Source of the DNA: Mobula hypostoma
Taxonomy: Eukaryota
Length of the DNA: 64,000 bases
Direction: 5' to 3'
NCBI RefSeq assembly: GCF_963921235.1
Contig: NC_086108.1
Location: 100,752,001-100,816,000, forward strand
The notes beneath the pieces were generated by a model. It did no database searches and was not told the origin of the DNA. It saw nothing but the letters and a program-made list of their open reading frames with translations. Every line of letters starts with the position of its first letter. The first letter of the stretch is position 1. Both the position numbers and the translations under genes were made by a program. Positions 13,761 to 28,300 of this stretch are shown in pieces.

Positions 13761-15729
13761 CATGGTTAAATATTTTTTAAATAGTGTAAATGTTTAATCT
13801 AATATAGTTCATTTGCCCTAGAATGAATAATTAGTAATGTCAGTGTTCCATATGTTTTCATAAATCACCCAGATGGAAACAGGCTATTCAGCCCATTTGG
13901 AATGTACTGGCCATTGAGTATCTTTATATATAGATCAGGTTTTCCAGCCTTTCATGTGTTACAAATGTTCGTCTAAATACTTCCTAAGTGTTGCAGTGTG
14001 CCTGCTTCCGTCACTACATTAGGAAGTGTGTTGTAGGTTTCAACTATCCTCTGGGTGAAAAGAAATTCTTCCTCATGTGCTCTTAAATTTCTTATAATTT
14101 ACTTTAATCCTATACATTCTACTCATGGACACGTATTGAAAAAATGTCCCTTATCTACTGCTTTATCAATCTTCCTCATAGTTTTGTATACCTCAATCAA
14201 ATGATTGCTCTGGCCTTCTCTGCTTGAATGAAAACAAGCCCATTCTACTCAGTCGCTCCTCAATTGAATCTCAACAACCTGACATATGTCCTCTACATCT
14301 GCTCTGGTGTAAACACATCCGTCCTATAGTATGTTGACTAGAGCGTCTACAGGGAGTGCTGCCATGGGAAAGCAGCATCCATCATCAAGACCTCCACCAT
14401 TCAGAGCATGCTTTTTTCTCATTGCTACCATTGGGAAGGAGGTACAGGAGCTTTAGATTCCACACCACCAGGTTCAGGAACAGTTCACTTCAACTATCAG
14501 GCTTCTGAACCATAGAGTCATACATAGAGAAGTACAGCACAGAAACAAGCCCTTTGGCTCATCTAGTCCATGCCAAAACTATTTAACCTGCCTACTCCCA
14601 TGAATCTGCACTGTGACCACAGCCCTCCATACCCCTACCATTCATGTACCTATCGAAAATTCACTTAAACATTGAAATCGAGCTCACATGCATGACTTGC
14701 GCTGGCAGCTCATTCCACATTCTCACCACCCTCTGAGTGAAGAAGTTTCCTGTCATGTCCCCTTTAAACTTTTCACCTTTCACCCTTAACCTATGAGCTC
14801 CGGTTATATTCCCACTCAACGTCAGTGGAAAACCAGTTTGGATAACTTCACACACTTCAATACTGAATTGATTCCACGACCTGTGGACTCAGATTCAAGT
14901 ATTTTTTTTGTATTTGCATAGTTTGTCTTATTTTGTATATTGTTTGTTTATTAGTCTTTGTGTGTAGTTTTTCATTGATTCTATTGTACTACTTCGGTCC
15001 ACTATGAATGCCTATAAGAACATAAATCTCGGGACTGTATATGGTGACATATACATACTTCATTAATAAATTTTCTATGAATGTTGAACTTTGCACTGCT
15101 TCAACTGTGATCTAACTAATATTTTGTATATTTGTGCTGATTCCTCTTTTATTCTGTGCCTGTCTAACAAATGTAAGTATGCACACATTTAAAGTAAAGA
15201 TGCCCTTTGTAAAGTTTATCTAATTGTCTTGCAAATTATCACCTTGATGCAAATAGTACTAAATTCTCACTCTATGGTGTTAAATGGTAACTGAAATTAT
15301 TGGCTAATTTAAATTAATTCTAGCAATGAATATACAATTGGGAATAAGCCATGATATTTATTATACACAATTTCAGATAGGATAGAGAAATAATTAATGA
15401 TATAATAAAAAATATTGCTCCACCTCTTGCTGCTGCAGATCTTTTGCATGCAATATCTACTGTGGTTATCCTTTATGCAAACTTACCTGACGTAGTTGCC
15501 AAGGCCCTTTAACACTTTGTAATCACCAGAACACGAGTGACATGGCCAAAATAGCAAAGAAAGTTTTTAAATGTCTCCAGGGTACATAATTCAGAATGTC
15601 ATTAGTTTAAGCCCCGCTGAATCAACTCCATTATAGCCACTTCAATTACAACTGAACAAGGGTCATATATGAGCAAATGTATATAAATCCGGATTGATGT
15701 GATTCATTTGTTGGTATTCATTTGTGATG

Positions 15730-16390
15730 ACTAGAATATAAAAGTTAGAAGGTAATGGTGAGGCTTTATAAGCATTGATTAGACCCCATTTGGATTACTG
15801 TGAGCAGCTTTGGCTCCCTTATCTAAGAACAGATGTGCTGGCAAGGGAGAGGGACCAGGGCACGTTCATCAGAATGATCCCTGGAATAAAAGGGTTAATG
15901 TATGAGGAGCATTTGATGGCTTTGGGCCTGTACTTGCTGGAGTTTAGAAGAATATTTAAAGACTGGATATGGAGCAGATTTTTTCCTCTTGTTGGGGTGT
16001 CTATGACCATAGGGTACAGACTCAGAATAGAAGGACGTCCCTTCAGAATAGATGAGGAGGAATTTCTTTAGCCAGAGGGTGGAATATCTAAGGAATTGCC
16101 ACAGATGGCTATGGAGGCCAAAGTCATTTGGTATATTTAATGTGGAGGTTGATAGGTTCTTAATTAGTCAGGGCAGCAAAGGTTACGGGAAGAAGACAAG
16201 AGAATGTGGTTCAGGGATAATAATCCTTGTGAACTTCCAATGGCAGTACATTTTTTCCAAGATGAGGGGCCCAAAGCTGTTCACAGTACTTAAGGTGAGA
16301 CCTCACCTGTGCCTTATAAAGCCTCAGCATCACATCCTTGCTCTTATATTCTAGACCTTTTAAAATGAATGCTAACATGACATTTGCCTT
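15730..16390. mobile_element. Two abutting CR1 fragments in opposite orientation (+15730-16210, -16210-16390)
   Basis: ORFs 15775..16071(+) and 16211..16498(-) both carry the RPHL(E/D)YCEQLW-like motif. Confidence 0.75.
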
Positions 16391-19300
16391 CCTCGCCATT
16401 TTATTGGAACCTTTCCAGAAATTAGCAACTTTTGGAATATGATGATCAATGCATCCACTGCCTCTGCAGATACTCTGGAATATTAGGATGTAGGTCATTT
16501 AGGCCCAGGGTATTTGTCAGTGCTTTGTTCTATTAGTTTGCCTTGCATTTCTCTGTTTTTATTAATTGCTGTAGGTTCCTTTACTTTCTTTTGTCTGTTA
16601 GCTACCTATCATTTCTGATGTGTTTTCAGTATATTCCACTGTGAAAATGGGTAGAAAATATATGAATGGTGCTGTTCTGACGAGGGGCCTCGGCCAGAAA
16701 TGTCGACTGTTCCATAGATGCTGCCTGACCTACTGATTTCCTCCAGCATTTCATGTATAGCGTAGTAATCCAAAGATTTAGTTTAACAGTCCAGGAATAT
16801 CAGTTCAGTTCACATCATAGAGTTCAAGTTCAACTAATCTAGAACTAAAAGAAAAATAGTTATAGGAATTTTGATCTTGAAACTTAAATATATGGTTAAA
16901 CTATGCCCTTCAGAGGAGAAAATCCACTCAATCTGGACTATATGGAACTCCAGACCTGTAAGTCTTAAAAATGTCTTCTGAAATGGTCCAATGAATTTGA
17001 AACAAGGATAAGTAAGCCTTAATCTTATTGAATGGCAGAACAGGCTTGAAAAACATGTGGTCTACTCCTGTTTCTATGTCCTTCTGTTGCTCCTATACTC
17101 AAATCATATTGCAGTGAATACTGATGTACAATTTGCCTTCATAACTGCTTGCTGCACCCATGTGTACAAGGACAGCAGATTACTTGCGAATCAACATTTT
17201 CCAATTCACTGCTAGTTAAAAAATACTCTTGCCTTTCTTCTTTTTCTCAAATCTTGACTTCATTTATCTGCACCATATTGCATCTACTATTTACTTACCT
17301 ATCCACTAACCTCATTCAAATTGCCTCAGGTTTTTTTGCTATACGTTTCCTGCTGAAGTACGTCTTGCAGGTCAAAGTTTATTTCAAAATTTGTGTTTTA
17401 ATTGGCCAAACCCTACTGCCGTTTTCATTTTTTTTTCTAGCCTTCAGTAATGTTAGCTGATCCCTTTACTATTATGCAATCCTTTTCTTCAGAAAATCAG
17501 CCAAACTGGGATGCTGCATACAGCTGTCAGCTGGCTGCTGTATTCATTTTATTAATGTGCAGTCAAGTAAATTTTCCCGCAGAGCATCAAATTGCTCCTG
17601 GCTCATAGCTAAAACTGTACTTAATATAATAGAAAAATAGCCATTTCTGACATTATCAAGATATTAACACTTATTGTATTGGTGACACTGCTAATTAATT
17701 AAGGAACTTTTACTGTATTCAACCCCATATGGATTGACTTTGGAACAATGTAAAAACAACTCCTGCAGGTCAGCTATCCTGAAGTGCATTCTACAAATAG
17801 AACTTGAATTTCTGTTCCACTTTGTCACTTCTGTGAAGAAATACTGAAGATTCAGCATTGGGCTATTTTCCAATGCAATAGTTACCAGGAATAAATATAA
17901 CTTTCTAGTATCTTAGCCTCACAATTTCTTTAATAAATCATATTAAAATTTGCAACAATTACCCTTTTGAAGTACTGTATTTCATTGCTCTACTATTGAA
18001 GAAAAACATGATAATATTTAATTTCTCATCAATCCACCTTCATTTGACATTACACCTGGTGAAATGTGGGTGCACAGTATATACTAAAACAGTTTTGAAT
18101 TAACCAGATGTTTCATTTTTCCAGTCAGTTAAACAAGATGTACTGGAAATGTTATCAACTATGAATGGAAAAACTTCAGAAGAAATTGCCCAAAAAATTT
18201 CTAGTTGCTGAAAGTATAGATAGTATTTTGCATAATTTTAATATGTTTTGAATAAATTCTACATATGTACTTGCCTAAGTGAGGGACTTGTGTGTGGTTA
18301 AGTTAGCAGTTCAATCCAGCTTTCTCTTTAAGATCAAGACAGCCTTCTCATCTGGTATCCAAGAACAACATACTTATGACATGGCTGTAGCAATAAACTC
18401 ATCTATGTTCTCATTACTATCTGAAAATTTGACTGCCCGCTCACAGAATTGAAGTGCTCAGAGCACAGACATTATGGCTTGTGTAGTCTGGTGACACGCT
18501 CACTTAAGTGGCGAGAGTCCAGAGACACTGCCAGGGCTACCAGTATAGCTACACACAATTTAGCCTTTGAAATAAGTGCTGAATCAATGTCTGAAAGAAT
18601 TTGCAGTCCTATAATGAGATTGTGAGATAGTGACACTAAGAATGTTGCTCTTGTGTAGAGCCAGCACGGAGATGACAGCCCAAAAGGCCTCTTCCATAGT
18701 CTCGTGTTTCTTGTTTATTTGTGTGTAAATGTACTTACCTAAAGAGAAGTTATACATTTCTTTGGATTACTGGTTCAAAGGTTAATTTTATTATCTTTGT
18801 ATGTATGCAGAATGCAACTCTGAAATTTGTCTTCTCCAGATAGCCATAGAATACAGAAAATCATTTAAGTAGTTGAAAGAAAGACATCAGTTCCCCTCCC
18901 TGCACAAAGAGAAAAAGAAACAAAACCTCGCAAATCCCAAATATCCCAACCTGTCCCTTGCACAAAAACTTAACAGATCAACCAAATATGCCATATATGT
19001 GGTGCCATATATGTTTCCGTTCTTCCTCCTGTTTTGTGCACAATATATAAATTTGCTAACCATTACCTTTTTTTTGTCATGAGTACTTCTTAAACAGGAC
19101 TTTTATCTTTGTGTCAAGGAATAAGAGAGCTTTGCACACAGTTCGGAGAACATAGTAAATAGAATATTATATCAACATATCCTGGGTGTGACAGAGGATG
19201 AGAGACGATTTGATAGAATTGTATAAGATTGTGAGGCATAGATAGATTGGACAGTCAACATCTCTTTCCCAGGGTGGCAATGGCCCATGTGCATGATATA

Positions 19301-22174
19301 TTATTTATTATATATTATGTAGGTCATTGGTATTTGGAAAGTATAGAAATCTAAGAAGAAAAGGTAAAGGAAGCTTTGATCTGTAGTATTTAGTTTTCTT
19401 TATGTCTACTTCCTTCACCAAAAAGTTGCTTGTTATTAAGTTTTATCTGTTATTCATAGATCACTTACATTATTTTGAATGTATACCTTAACAATCTTTT
19501 TTATAAAGGATACAGCTGAAGAAGGGCCTTGGCCCTAATCTTTGACTGTTTATTCACTTCCATGGATGTTGCCTCACCTTATGAGTTCCTCCAGCATTTT
19601 GTTTGTCTTGCTAAAGAATAGTTCTCTTTATTTTAAAACGCTCTTGAAATTAGTTGTAAACACTTAGTGAAGCTTCGCTTAATTTATTAGTTAAAACTGA
19701 GCAGCTGGCAACTATATACTGCCACTGTTTCGTGTGAGTGTTGCCCAGAAAACTTTTAAAACGTAAATTCACAACTGTTGCATTGTTGGAATGCAGTAAA
19801 CAACTAGTAAGCTCTACATATGTCCCTCTCACATCAGATACAGTGTTGAGTATAAATTAGTCATTTGTATTTCAAATATAAGAAGTACATAGAACAGCTG
19901 TGCTTCAACACAGGATGTATTGAAACCTTACTGCAGTATCACAGTGCAACTTGAACGCGGAGTATAAAAAGTAATGACCTATACCCTAGACTTGGAAAGG
20001 TATTTGTTCAAGGCTGATTGAGATGTTTAATGCTAAAATAGTTTTTTTTTAATCATGCATTTCACACTGTTGAAATGTGATCTGTATTCTACATGTTTAT
20101 TTTATACTTTTGATAATAAATGATCACACACTGATTTATAGCCATAGATATATACTGTAATCAAAGAACCCCTCCATCCAGGCCATACTCTGTTCTTGCT
20201 GCTGCCATCAGAAAGGAGGTACAGGAGGCTTAGCTCCCATACTACTGTGCTCAGGAACAGCTATTCCCCTTCAACCATCAGGATTCTGAACCAGTGTGAA
20301 TAAAGTCACTCACCTCAACTCTGAACTGATTCCACCATCTATGGACTCACTTTCAAGGACTCCACAACTCATTATTTTAGTAATATTTCTTTACTTAAAA
20401 AAATTCACTGATTGTCTTCTTTTTCACATTGGCTGTTTGTCACTGCGTGTAATTTTAAATTGAATCTATTTTATTTTGCTGTGAATGCCTGCAAGAATAT
20501 GAATTTCAAGGTGGTGTATAGTAATATGTATACTTTGAGTACTGTCGCATTAAACATATTGGTTACTCCCTTCACTAATTTCTACAGTTAGGCCCAACAC
20601 CCTTGTTAGATTTTAATTTATTCTGAAACTTCTTTGAGGTTATGCATTTGAACAGCACATTCCCCTTAATTGGGGGCCGTTTCTTTTATTTCCCCTGGTA
20701 AATAATTACTGCTTTTATTTTGACGATTTAATGAACAGCACACTTATAATTTGTTGATCACTGCAGAGTGCTGCGTTGAAGGCATTCAATAAAATGAGAA
20801 CAATACCTTCTTGTTTAGTAGCTAACCCATGGACAGTCACAAATAGTTGAGAATAGATGTTATATTGTTCAATTGAATTGTCTGTAATTACCATTCTGTA
20901 TTATGTGTTTCATTCCACATTTTTTTTCCTTCCCAATTGTTATAGCATTAAATCTGATGGGGAAACTTAGTTTTCTTTGTCTGGGATAATTGGATTTTTG
21001 TCTGTTTAGCAGCTATCTATTGATGGGCAGAGAAGACGTGATAGGGATAGGAAGGTACCAGTTTAAACAAAAAAAAATGAAATTCATGCAATTGCACAGT
21101 ATCTGCAATATCTAATTGCTTCCAGCTGCATCTGGGAAATGACTGTCCAGTGGCCATTGGTAATGGAGAAAAAAATGTGCTGTATAATTAGAAGTTAGAC
21201 AGTAAATCTTTTATTATTTGTCCCAGAGTCCCACATTCCTTGGAAGAAATTCATCAATATGATACAGTGTTCTCTTCAAAAACATGAGAGGACCTTTATA
21301 TTCACAGCTCCTCGTCATAGAATTCACACTTCATGGGCATATGTGACACATTAATCTGCACTTTGAAATTGCATCTCTCAAAATCCACAGATCTACACGG
21401 TTGCATATTTGTTTGGGTTACTGAATGGAAAAAAATATTTAAAAAACACTGCAGTTGTTGAATATCTGAAATAAAAATAGAAAGTACTGGAAACATTGAG
21501 CAGATCAAGTAGCATATGTTGAAAGAGACATTATGTTGCCATTTCTGGTTGTAGACCCTTCTTCAGACCCTTAGTAACTCTTCACTAAGCTGGAGTGTTT
21601 ATTGTTGGCTGTTCCTGTACAGAGGTATTGATTATAATGGTACCTCTGAATATAATGGATTTCCAGCTTTCTCATCTTATAAGGTGTCTTTCATCTGCTT
21701 TAAAGCAGCACCTATTGGCAGAATTTTCCTAACTTAAAGTGTGATGTGCTAAGAAGAAAAATAATTTTAAATCATCTTTGCTTATAGCCTTTTGAATAAG
21801 TATGCAACAGATAGGATCTGCTAGTGCCAAAAATCTAGGTGAACAGCAGAAACTATACAGCAAAAGTGCAAACTGCTGGTGGAACTTGGTAGGTCAGTCA
21901 GTGTGTGCAGAAGGATATCTCCAGCACCTTGTTTAGTTGCTCTAGATTCCACCATCTACAGTCTTTTTGTGTCTCCTGAAAATGTATTTTACCATAAGAT
22001 TTCCCTTCCCCACCTACATGATCATATATTTGTGATGTTCCTTTATGTGCATGAGCTTGACAACATGTGCCTAACCAGATTATAAATAAAAAGAGGTTTG
22101 TGAAGCACTGTCAGGTTCCATAGTTCAGATCAATTGTAGAAATGCATCCCTGAATCTAAACCTTTGCCTCATTT

Positions 22175-23055
22175 TGATGACACAAAGGTTGAGGGTGTTG
22201 TGGATAGTGTGGAGGGCTGTCAGAGATAACAGCGGGACATTGATAGGATGCAAAACTGAGCTGAGAAGTGGCAGATGGAGTTCAACCCAGATAAGTGTGA
22301 GGTGGTTCATTTTGGTAGGTCAAATATGATGGCAGAATATAGTATTAATGGTAAGACTCTTGGCAGTGTGGAAGATCAGAGGGCTGTTGGGGTCTGAATC
22401 CATAGGACACTCAAAGCTGCTGCGCAGGTTGACTGTGTGGTTAAGAAGGCATATGGTGTATTGGCCTTCATCAATCGTGGGGTTGAGTTTAAGAGCCAAG
22501 AAGTAATGTTACAGCTTTATAGGCCCCTGGTCAGACCCCACTGGAGTACTGTGCTCAGTTCTGGTTGCCTCACTCCAGGAAGGACGTGGAAACTATAGGA
22601 AGGGTGCAGAGGAGATTTACAAGGATGTTGCTTGGATTGGGGAGCATGCCCTATGAGAATAGGTTGAGTGAACTTGGCCTTTTCTCCTTGGAGTGACAGA
22701 AGATGAGAGGTGAACTGATAGAGGTGTGTATGATGAGGGGCATTGATCGTGTGGATGGTCAGAGGCTTTTTCCCAGGGCTGAAATGGTTAACATGAGAGG
22801 GCACAGTTTTAAGGTACTTGGAAGTAGGTACAGAGGAAATGTCGGGGTAAGTTTTTTACCCAGAGGGTGGTGAGTGCTTGGTGGTGGAGGCGGATACAAT
22901 AGGGTCTTTTAAGAGACTCCTGGATAGATACATGGAGTTTAGAAAAATAGAGAGCTATGGGTAACCCTAGGTAATTTCTAAAGTAAGTACATGTTCAGCA
23001 CGGCATCGTGGGCCGCAGGGCCTGTATTGTGCTGTAGGTTTTCTATGTTTCTATT
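22175..23055 (+). mobile_element. CR1 LINE 3' fragment with (TTTCTATG)n tail
   Basis: From DDTKV through WQMEFNPDKCEVVHFG to the 3' microsatellite tail. Same subfamily as 43910-45260. Confidence 0.88.
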
Positions 23056-23444
23056 TTGATGCAGTATCTATAAAAGTCCTTCATGTAGTTTTATAACTTC
23101 AACGTCTACTTATTGAACGGCTTTTACCTTTGGACTAATGGGTTGATCATCACAGGCACAATGACATGATTTTAGACAGACTCACAAAAGTCTGGAGCAG
23201 TTCTTTGGACCTTTATTAATAACATACCTACGTTAGAACTGAATACGGGTCACACTACTTCCTGGAGGGACTGAGGTAGTTCCATTCTTAAAGGTGAATT
23301 ATTCAGGAATATTATTTTGAATAATTAAAACATGATTAAATCATTAAATAATCTTGTGTTAATCGTGTAGATTACAGAGTCTTGAGGACCTTGCATAATT
23401 TGCTTTTTGATATAGACTACCATTTGTTTATTTTCTTTTATCAG

Positions 23445-23508
23445 TTGTATGCTGGAGCTGTCCTTGAAGTATGTGGATGAAAATTGGGCAGGTTCCCTCA
23501 AGTCCAGG
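23445..23508 (+). CDS. SELENOF: Selenoprotein F (Sep15) internal exon containing the Sec codon (LYAGAVLEVCG-U-KLGRFPQVQ)
   Basis: Polypyrimidine tract + CAG acceptor ending 23444 and GTAAGT donor at 23509. The translation matches the vertebrate Sep15 CxU redox motif region (CGU). In-frame TGA at 23478-23480. Confidence 0.97.
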
Positions 23509-24850
23509 GTAAGTTTATAAAACCTTTCTTGAAAAATAATCTTAGTTTTAGTACAACTAAACCTTCATAACTGAAAGTCAAAGCATGTATAACTTGCAAT
23601 GTTGCTCCATGGAAATCTTCTATCGGTCTGGTAGATAGGATATGCTAAACTATAATGCCTTCTTAGATAAGTGATAACAATTTTACCTCAGATTTATATG
23701 ATTGTGGATTATAATCCCATTTCAGTGCCTGAGCACAGAAATCCAATTACCCAGTATCTTGAGTAATATTATTCTATGACTCTGTGACTCAGAATCAGAA
23801 TGGAAATAGATTTGAAAATTAAAATGACTGATACTGGAAGTTAAGCATTGGTCTCATGAACTGAATGAAGGTGTTATGCAAACCATGTATCCAATTTGTT
23901 TAAGGCATCGCCAGTCTGGAGAAGACCACATTATGGGCACCAAATTCAATACAATAAATAGGAAGAAGTGCAAATGAAGCATTGCAGCCTCTGGAAGAAA
24001 TGTTCAAATCAGTGGAGAGTGGGAAGGGAGCCAGTAGAAAGGCCAGGTGTCACAGTCACAATCATTTCTGTGCCTCTTAAGTAATTGACTTTTTTATGAT
24101 GGGTGTTCCATGTTAGGTAGGACAATTAAACAAGTCTTCAGAAATTGAGAGGTAATGGAGATAAGGGATTGTAAAACCTTGCAATTTTTTAAGTTGTGTG
24201 TAGACATTCCATGGGCTAAATTTACTTAATCTTATTTAAAACCAAATGTTCAGATTGTTTATTTTAGAATTGAGATTATCCAAAGGTCAAAGAAAAAAAT
24301 CAACAGCTTCTCAAGTGGCATTTTTAGGTGGTATTGAGCTGTATTAATCTGTCATTAATTATTCTTTCAACGCACTTCTTAATTGTGATCTGATTTTGGT
24401 ATCTAATGACTCCCACTAGGTTATTTATTTCTTTTAGTATTCACACAGAGTCAGCATATTGGTGTACCACTGGTGTGAAAGCGATGGAATAACAGGTTAC
24501 ATTAAAAGCTTTTGTAACTGACCTTGAAGTCTTTGTTTTTCAGCTGCATTTTTATTGATCATTTCTGTTTCTATTGTTTTCTTTAACAACTTTGTCTGCA
24601 GTAAAAGGAAATATAAGTTTGTGAAGTTTGACTACTCAATACAGACTGTACGAGGTTGCAATCCAGATCCTGAAGCAAAAGCAACAGCATCACTTTTGCC
24701 AGATGCAGATCAAACTTGGGACTGATTTTGAGAACCTTTTCTTTTGATAAAAACATAATCTGATCTTGAGAGAAGAAAGTTGAATACTTCTGCTATATAT
24801 TATTTTTGGAAATCTTTTGGTATCAAAGTTCAGTTATAACTATTTTGTGT

Positions 24851-25935
24851 CATAGAAACATAGAAAATAGGTGCAGGAGTAGGCCATTCGGCCCTTCGAG
24901 CCTGCACCACCATTTATTATGATCATGGCTGATCATCCAACTCAGAACCCCGCCCCAGCCTTCCCCCATACCCCCTGACCCCCGTAGCCACAAGGGCCAT
25001 ATCTAACTCCCTCTTAAATATAGCCAATGAACTGGGCTCAACTGTTTCCTGTGGCAGAGAATTCCACAGATTCACCACTCTCTGTGTGAAGAAGTTTTTC
25101 CTAATCTCGGTCCTAAAAGGCTTCCCCTCTATCCTCAAACTGTGGCCCCTCGTTCTGGACTTCCCCAACATCGGGAACAATCTTCCTGCATCTAGCCTAT
25201 CCAATCCCTTTAGGATTTTATACGTTTCAATCAGATCCCCCCTCAATCTTCTAAATTCCAACGAGTACAAGCCCAGTTCATCCAGTCTTTCTTCATATGA
25301 AAGTCCTGCCATCCCAGGAATCAATCTGGTGAACCTTCTTTGTACTCCCTCTATGGCAAGGATGTCTTTCCTCAGATTAGGGGACCAAAACTGCACACAA
25401 TACTCCAGGTGTGGTCTCACCAAGGCCTTGTACAACTGCAGTAGTATCTCCCTGTTCCTGTACTCGAATCCTCTCGCTATAAATGCCAGCATACCATTCG
25501 CCTTTTTCACCGCCTGCTGTACCTGCATGCCCACTTTCAATGACTGGTGTATAATGACACCCAGGTCTCGTTGCACCTCCCCTTTTCCTAATCGGCCACC
25601 ATTCAGATAATGATCTGTTTTCCTATTTTTGCCACCAAAGTGGATAACTTCACATTTATCCACATTAAATTGCATCTGCCATGAATTTGCCCACTCGCCC
25701 AACCTATCCAAGTCACTCTGCATCCTCTTAGCTTCCTCCTCACAGCTAACACTGCCACCCAGCTTCATGTCATCCGCAAACTTGGAGATGCTGCATTTAC
25801 TTCCCTCATCCAAGTCATTAATATATATTGTAAACAACTGGGGTCCCAGCACTGAGCCTTGCGGTACCCCACTAGTCACCGCCTGCCATTCTGAAAAGGT
25901 CCCGTTTATTCCCACTCTTTGCTTCCTGTCTGCTA
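24851..25935 (-). mobile_element. Young 5'-truncated CR1 LINE in the SELENOF intron
   Basis: Uninterrupted RT C-terminal frame (SGVPQGSVLGP, SKFADD) and a catagaaa tail. Near-identical to the 3' half of 51228-53314. Confidence 0.93.
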
Positions 25936-27059
25936 TCATGTAAGTAGTCCTCCTGTCAACATAATTTGTCAAGCCTAGCATTTCCATCTTAATTGACATC
26001 TCCCTGGCCCATTAACTACAAATGTCAAACTCACCACAGTTTTTTATAAATTTTTTGTATTTCTTTACTTTCCTGTAAATGTCTGCAAAAAAATGAATAT
26101 CAAGCAAGTGTATGGTGAAAACTGTACGTACCTTGATAACAATTTTACCTCGACTTGACTTGACACTTGCATCATTTAGTCTCTTGGCTTCTGCATTTTT
26201 GTTGATCTTTTTCTCTCCCTCCCCTTTTTTTACAACTTAAACATATTCTAGACCTACTGCTTCTTATGAAATGCGATCTCCATTATCTGTTGCTTATTTC
26301 CCGCATTTTCTGTTTTAGTTTAAAGTACATAAGTGTTTTGTTTTCATGTTTTCATCTGTTGACTACTCCCATTAAAATATCCTTGATTCACAATTAATTA
26401 TAAGATTGAGTATTATATATAAACTTCAGATAGTTTGGGAAAAAATATTACACTTCTTTGCAGATTTTTATCCCATCTTCTATCTGGCAGAGTCCCTCAT
26501 TTCATTCAGAATACTGACATAGGAATGTGAATGAAGTGGAACTGAGTACATACGCCAGATTCACACAATTAAGTAAAAGTGAATTCTTTGCAAAGAGTAA
26601 TATCAATGCACACTTTGGTCATGCATCTGCGCATGGAGCTAATCTAAAAATGATCAAGAAAGTCTTGCAAAAACCGAATGTCTTCTATTGCAGGTTCATG
26701 GCCAACTGGCTGTTTCAGAATTTTATGCAAGTGGTGATTTTAATCAATGGCATTTCATGTATAGGCACTGATTTTGCAGTTGCAATTCTCCGCACAGAAG
26801 GCTTTACCTTGTTAGGTTATGAATGGAGTAGTGACCTGGCTGAATCCAAATGTGAATATTATCCCAGTGGTGAGGTGCCCAACAGCATTTGGACCTCCCA
26901 TTTGTACTGAATATATCTTGATGATGCTGGAAACTTCATACCCACCTGATCTGGTTGATTCTGAACCTCACAGGTTCTTAGTTTTACCAAGACTACAAGA
27001 GTCAAACAGAAAACAAATAAAATTGGAGTAGCCTCCGGCCACAACATGAATTCCAGATT

Positions 27060-28300
27060 CTCAATGTAGGTTCACAAGCATCTGGGCCTGCATGTCTAAA
27101 TTGGAAGAGCAGCTGTACAGACCAGTCAGGCAATAGCCTTGCATTGTCCATAAGGTATGCCGTTGTGAATAAAATTGTGCCACACACCTCAATTGCTATA
27201 CTTGGATATATCCAGTCCCACTGATAAGGAAGCCCCTCCAGAGGGCCTGTGCAGTGGCATACAAGTAGGAAGTAGTTGTATTAGAAGTCCTCAATGTTGG
27301 CTCCAAATCAACACACGCAAAATGCTGGAGGAACTCAGCAGGCCAGGCAGCATATATAGAAATGAAAAAACAGTCAACATTTCAGGCTGAGACCTTTCTT
27401 CAGAACTGGAAAGGAAGGGGGAAGATACCAGAATAAAACGGAGTTCGGGGGAGGGGAAGGAAGATAGCTAGAAAGTGATAGGTGAAGCCAGGTGGTTAAG
27501 AAAGATAAAGAGGCTGGAGAGGAGAGTGGATAATGGAAGAAAGGGAATGATGAGGGGACCCAGTGGGAGGAAGTGGGGAAGTGAGAAGGGGAAGAGGCCA
27601 GAGTGGAGAATAGAAGAATAGGGGAGGAGGAGGGAATATTTTTTTAACCAGAAGGAGAAATCGATATTCGTGCCGTCAAGTTGGAGGCTACCCAGACAGA
27701 ATATAAAGTGTTTCTCCTCCACCCTAGGGAGCCCTTATCTTGGCACAAGAGGAGATCATGGATAGACATGTGTCGGAATGGGAATTGGAATTAAAATGTT
27801 TGGCTGCCAGGAAGTTCCATGTATGGCAGATGGAGCAAAGGTGTGGATTTGTCTCCAAATTCCACAAAGTTGTATGGCAACATGGGCAAGGAAACCTACT
27901 GATTTCTTCCTCTCAGTACTCCTTCATGTTGAGCAATACTGAAATTAGCAAGGACACACAGTGTTGTCTGGTTGGGGAATTTCAAAATGTTCATCACTGA
28001 GTGGCTTGGTCGCATCACCACTGACCAAGGAGGTGAAGTTCTAAAGGACATTTGCAGCGGTCTGGGAACTGCAAAAGACAGTGAACCAACATAAAAGAGA
28101 AACCTAGTTGTCACCAATTACTCCATGGTGGATCTTTATTGGCATTTGTGCAAGTGACTACTACCCTGCCTTAGTGCAGGAAAAGACATGTTTTCATACT
28201 GATGACACCTTCCATTTTACAAATAATAACTCTATTTCTAAATGTCAGTGTGAACATCAAGCAAGGTCCATGGCTTCCTTAGCACTAGGTGAGAAGGTTG
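27060..28300 (+). mobile_element. Old degenerate LINE APE-endonuclease remnant interrupted by a Penelope-like fragment (27309-27840, minus)
   Basis: Degenerate endonuclease-like coding sequence on both sides (e.g. a decayed GDFNVHH-like motif near 27970). The insert carries ORF 27468..27722 (EEKHFIFCLGSLQLDGTNIDF). Confidence 0.55.

Noticed and set aside
23478..23480. In-frame TGA read as a pseudogene-inactivating stop
   Set aside because: It falls at the known Sec position, all exons are otherwise intact, and a SECIS is present.
23481..23508. Possible Sec-redefinition hairpin right after the UGA
   Set aside because: Only about 5 weak pairs can be drawn, which is not distinguishable from chance.
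25086..25943. Long + strand ORFs opposite CR1 RT (also 51474-52421, 63299-63814)
   Set aside because: They are antisense shadows of LINE ORF2.
26527..26910. 127-aa ORF in the intron as a nested gene
   Set aside because: GTG start, no recognisable domain, and it lies next to a decayed LINE remnant.
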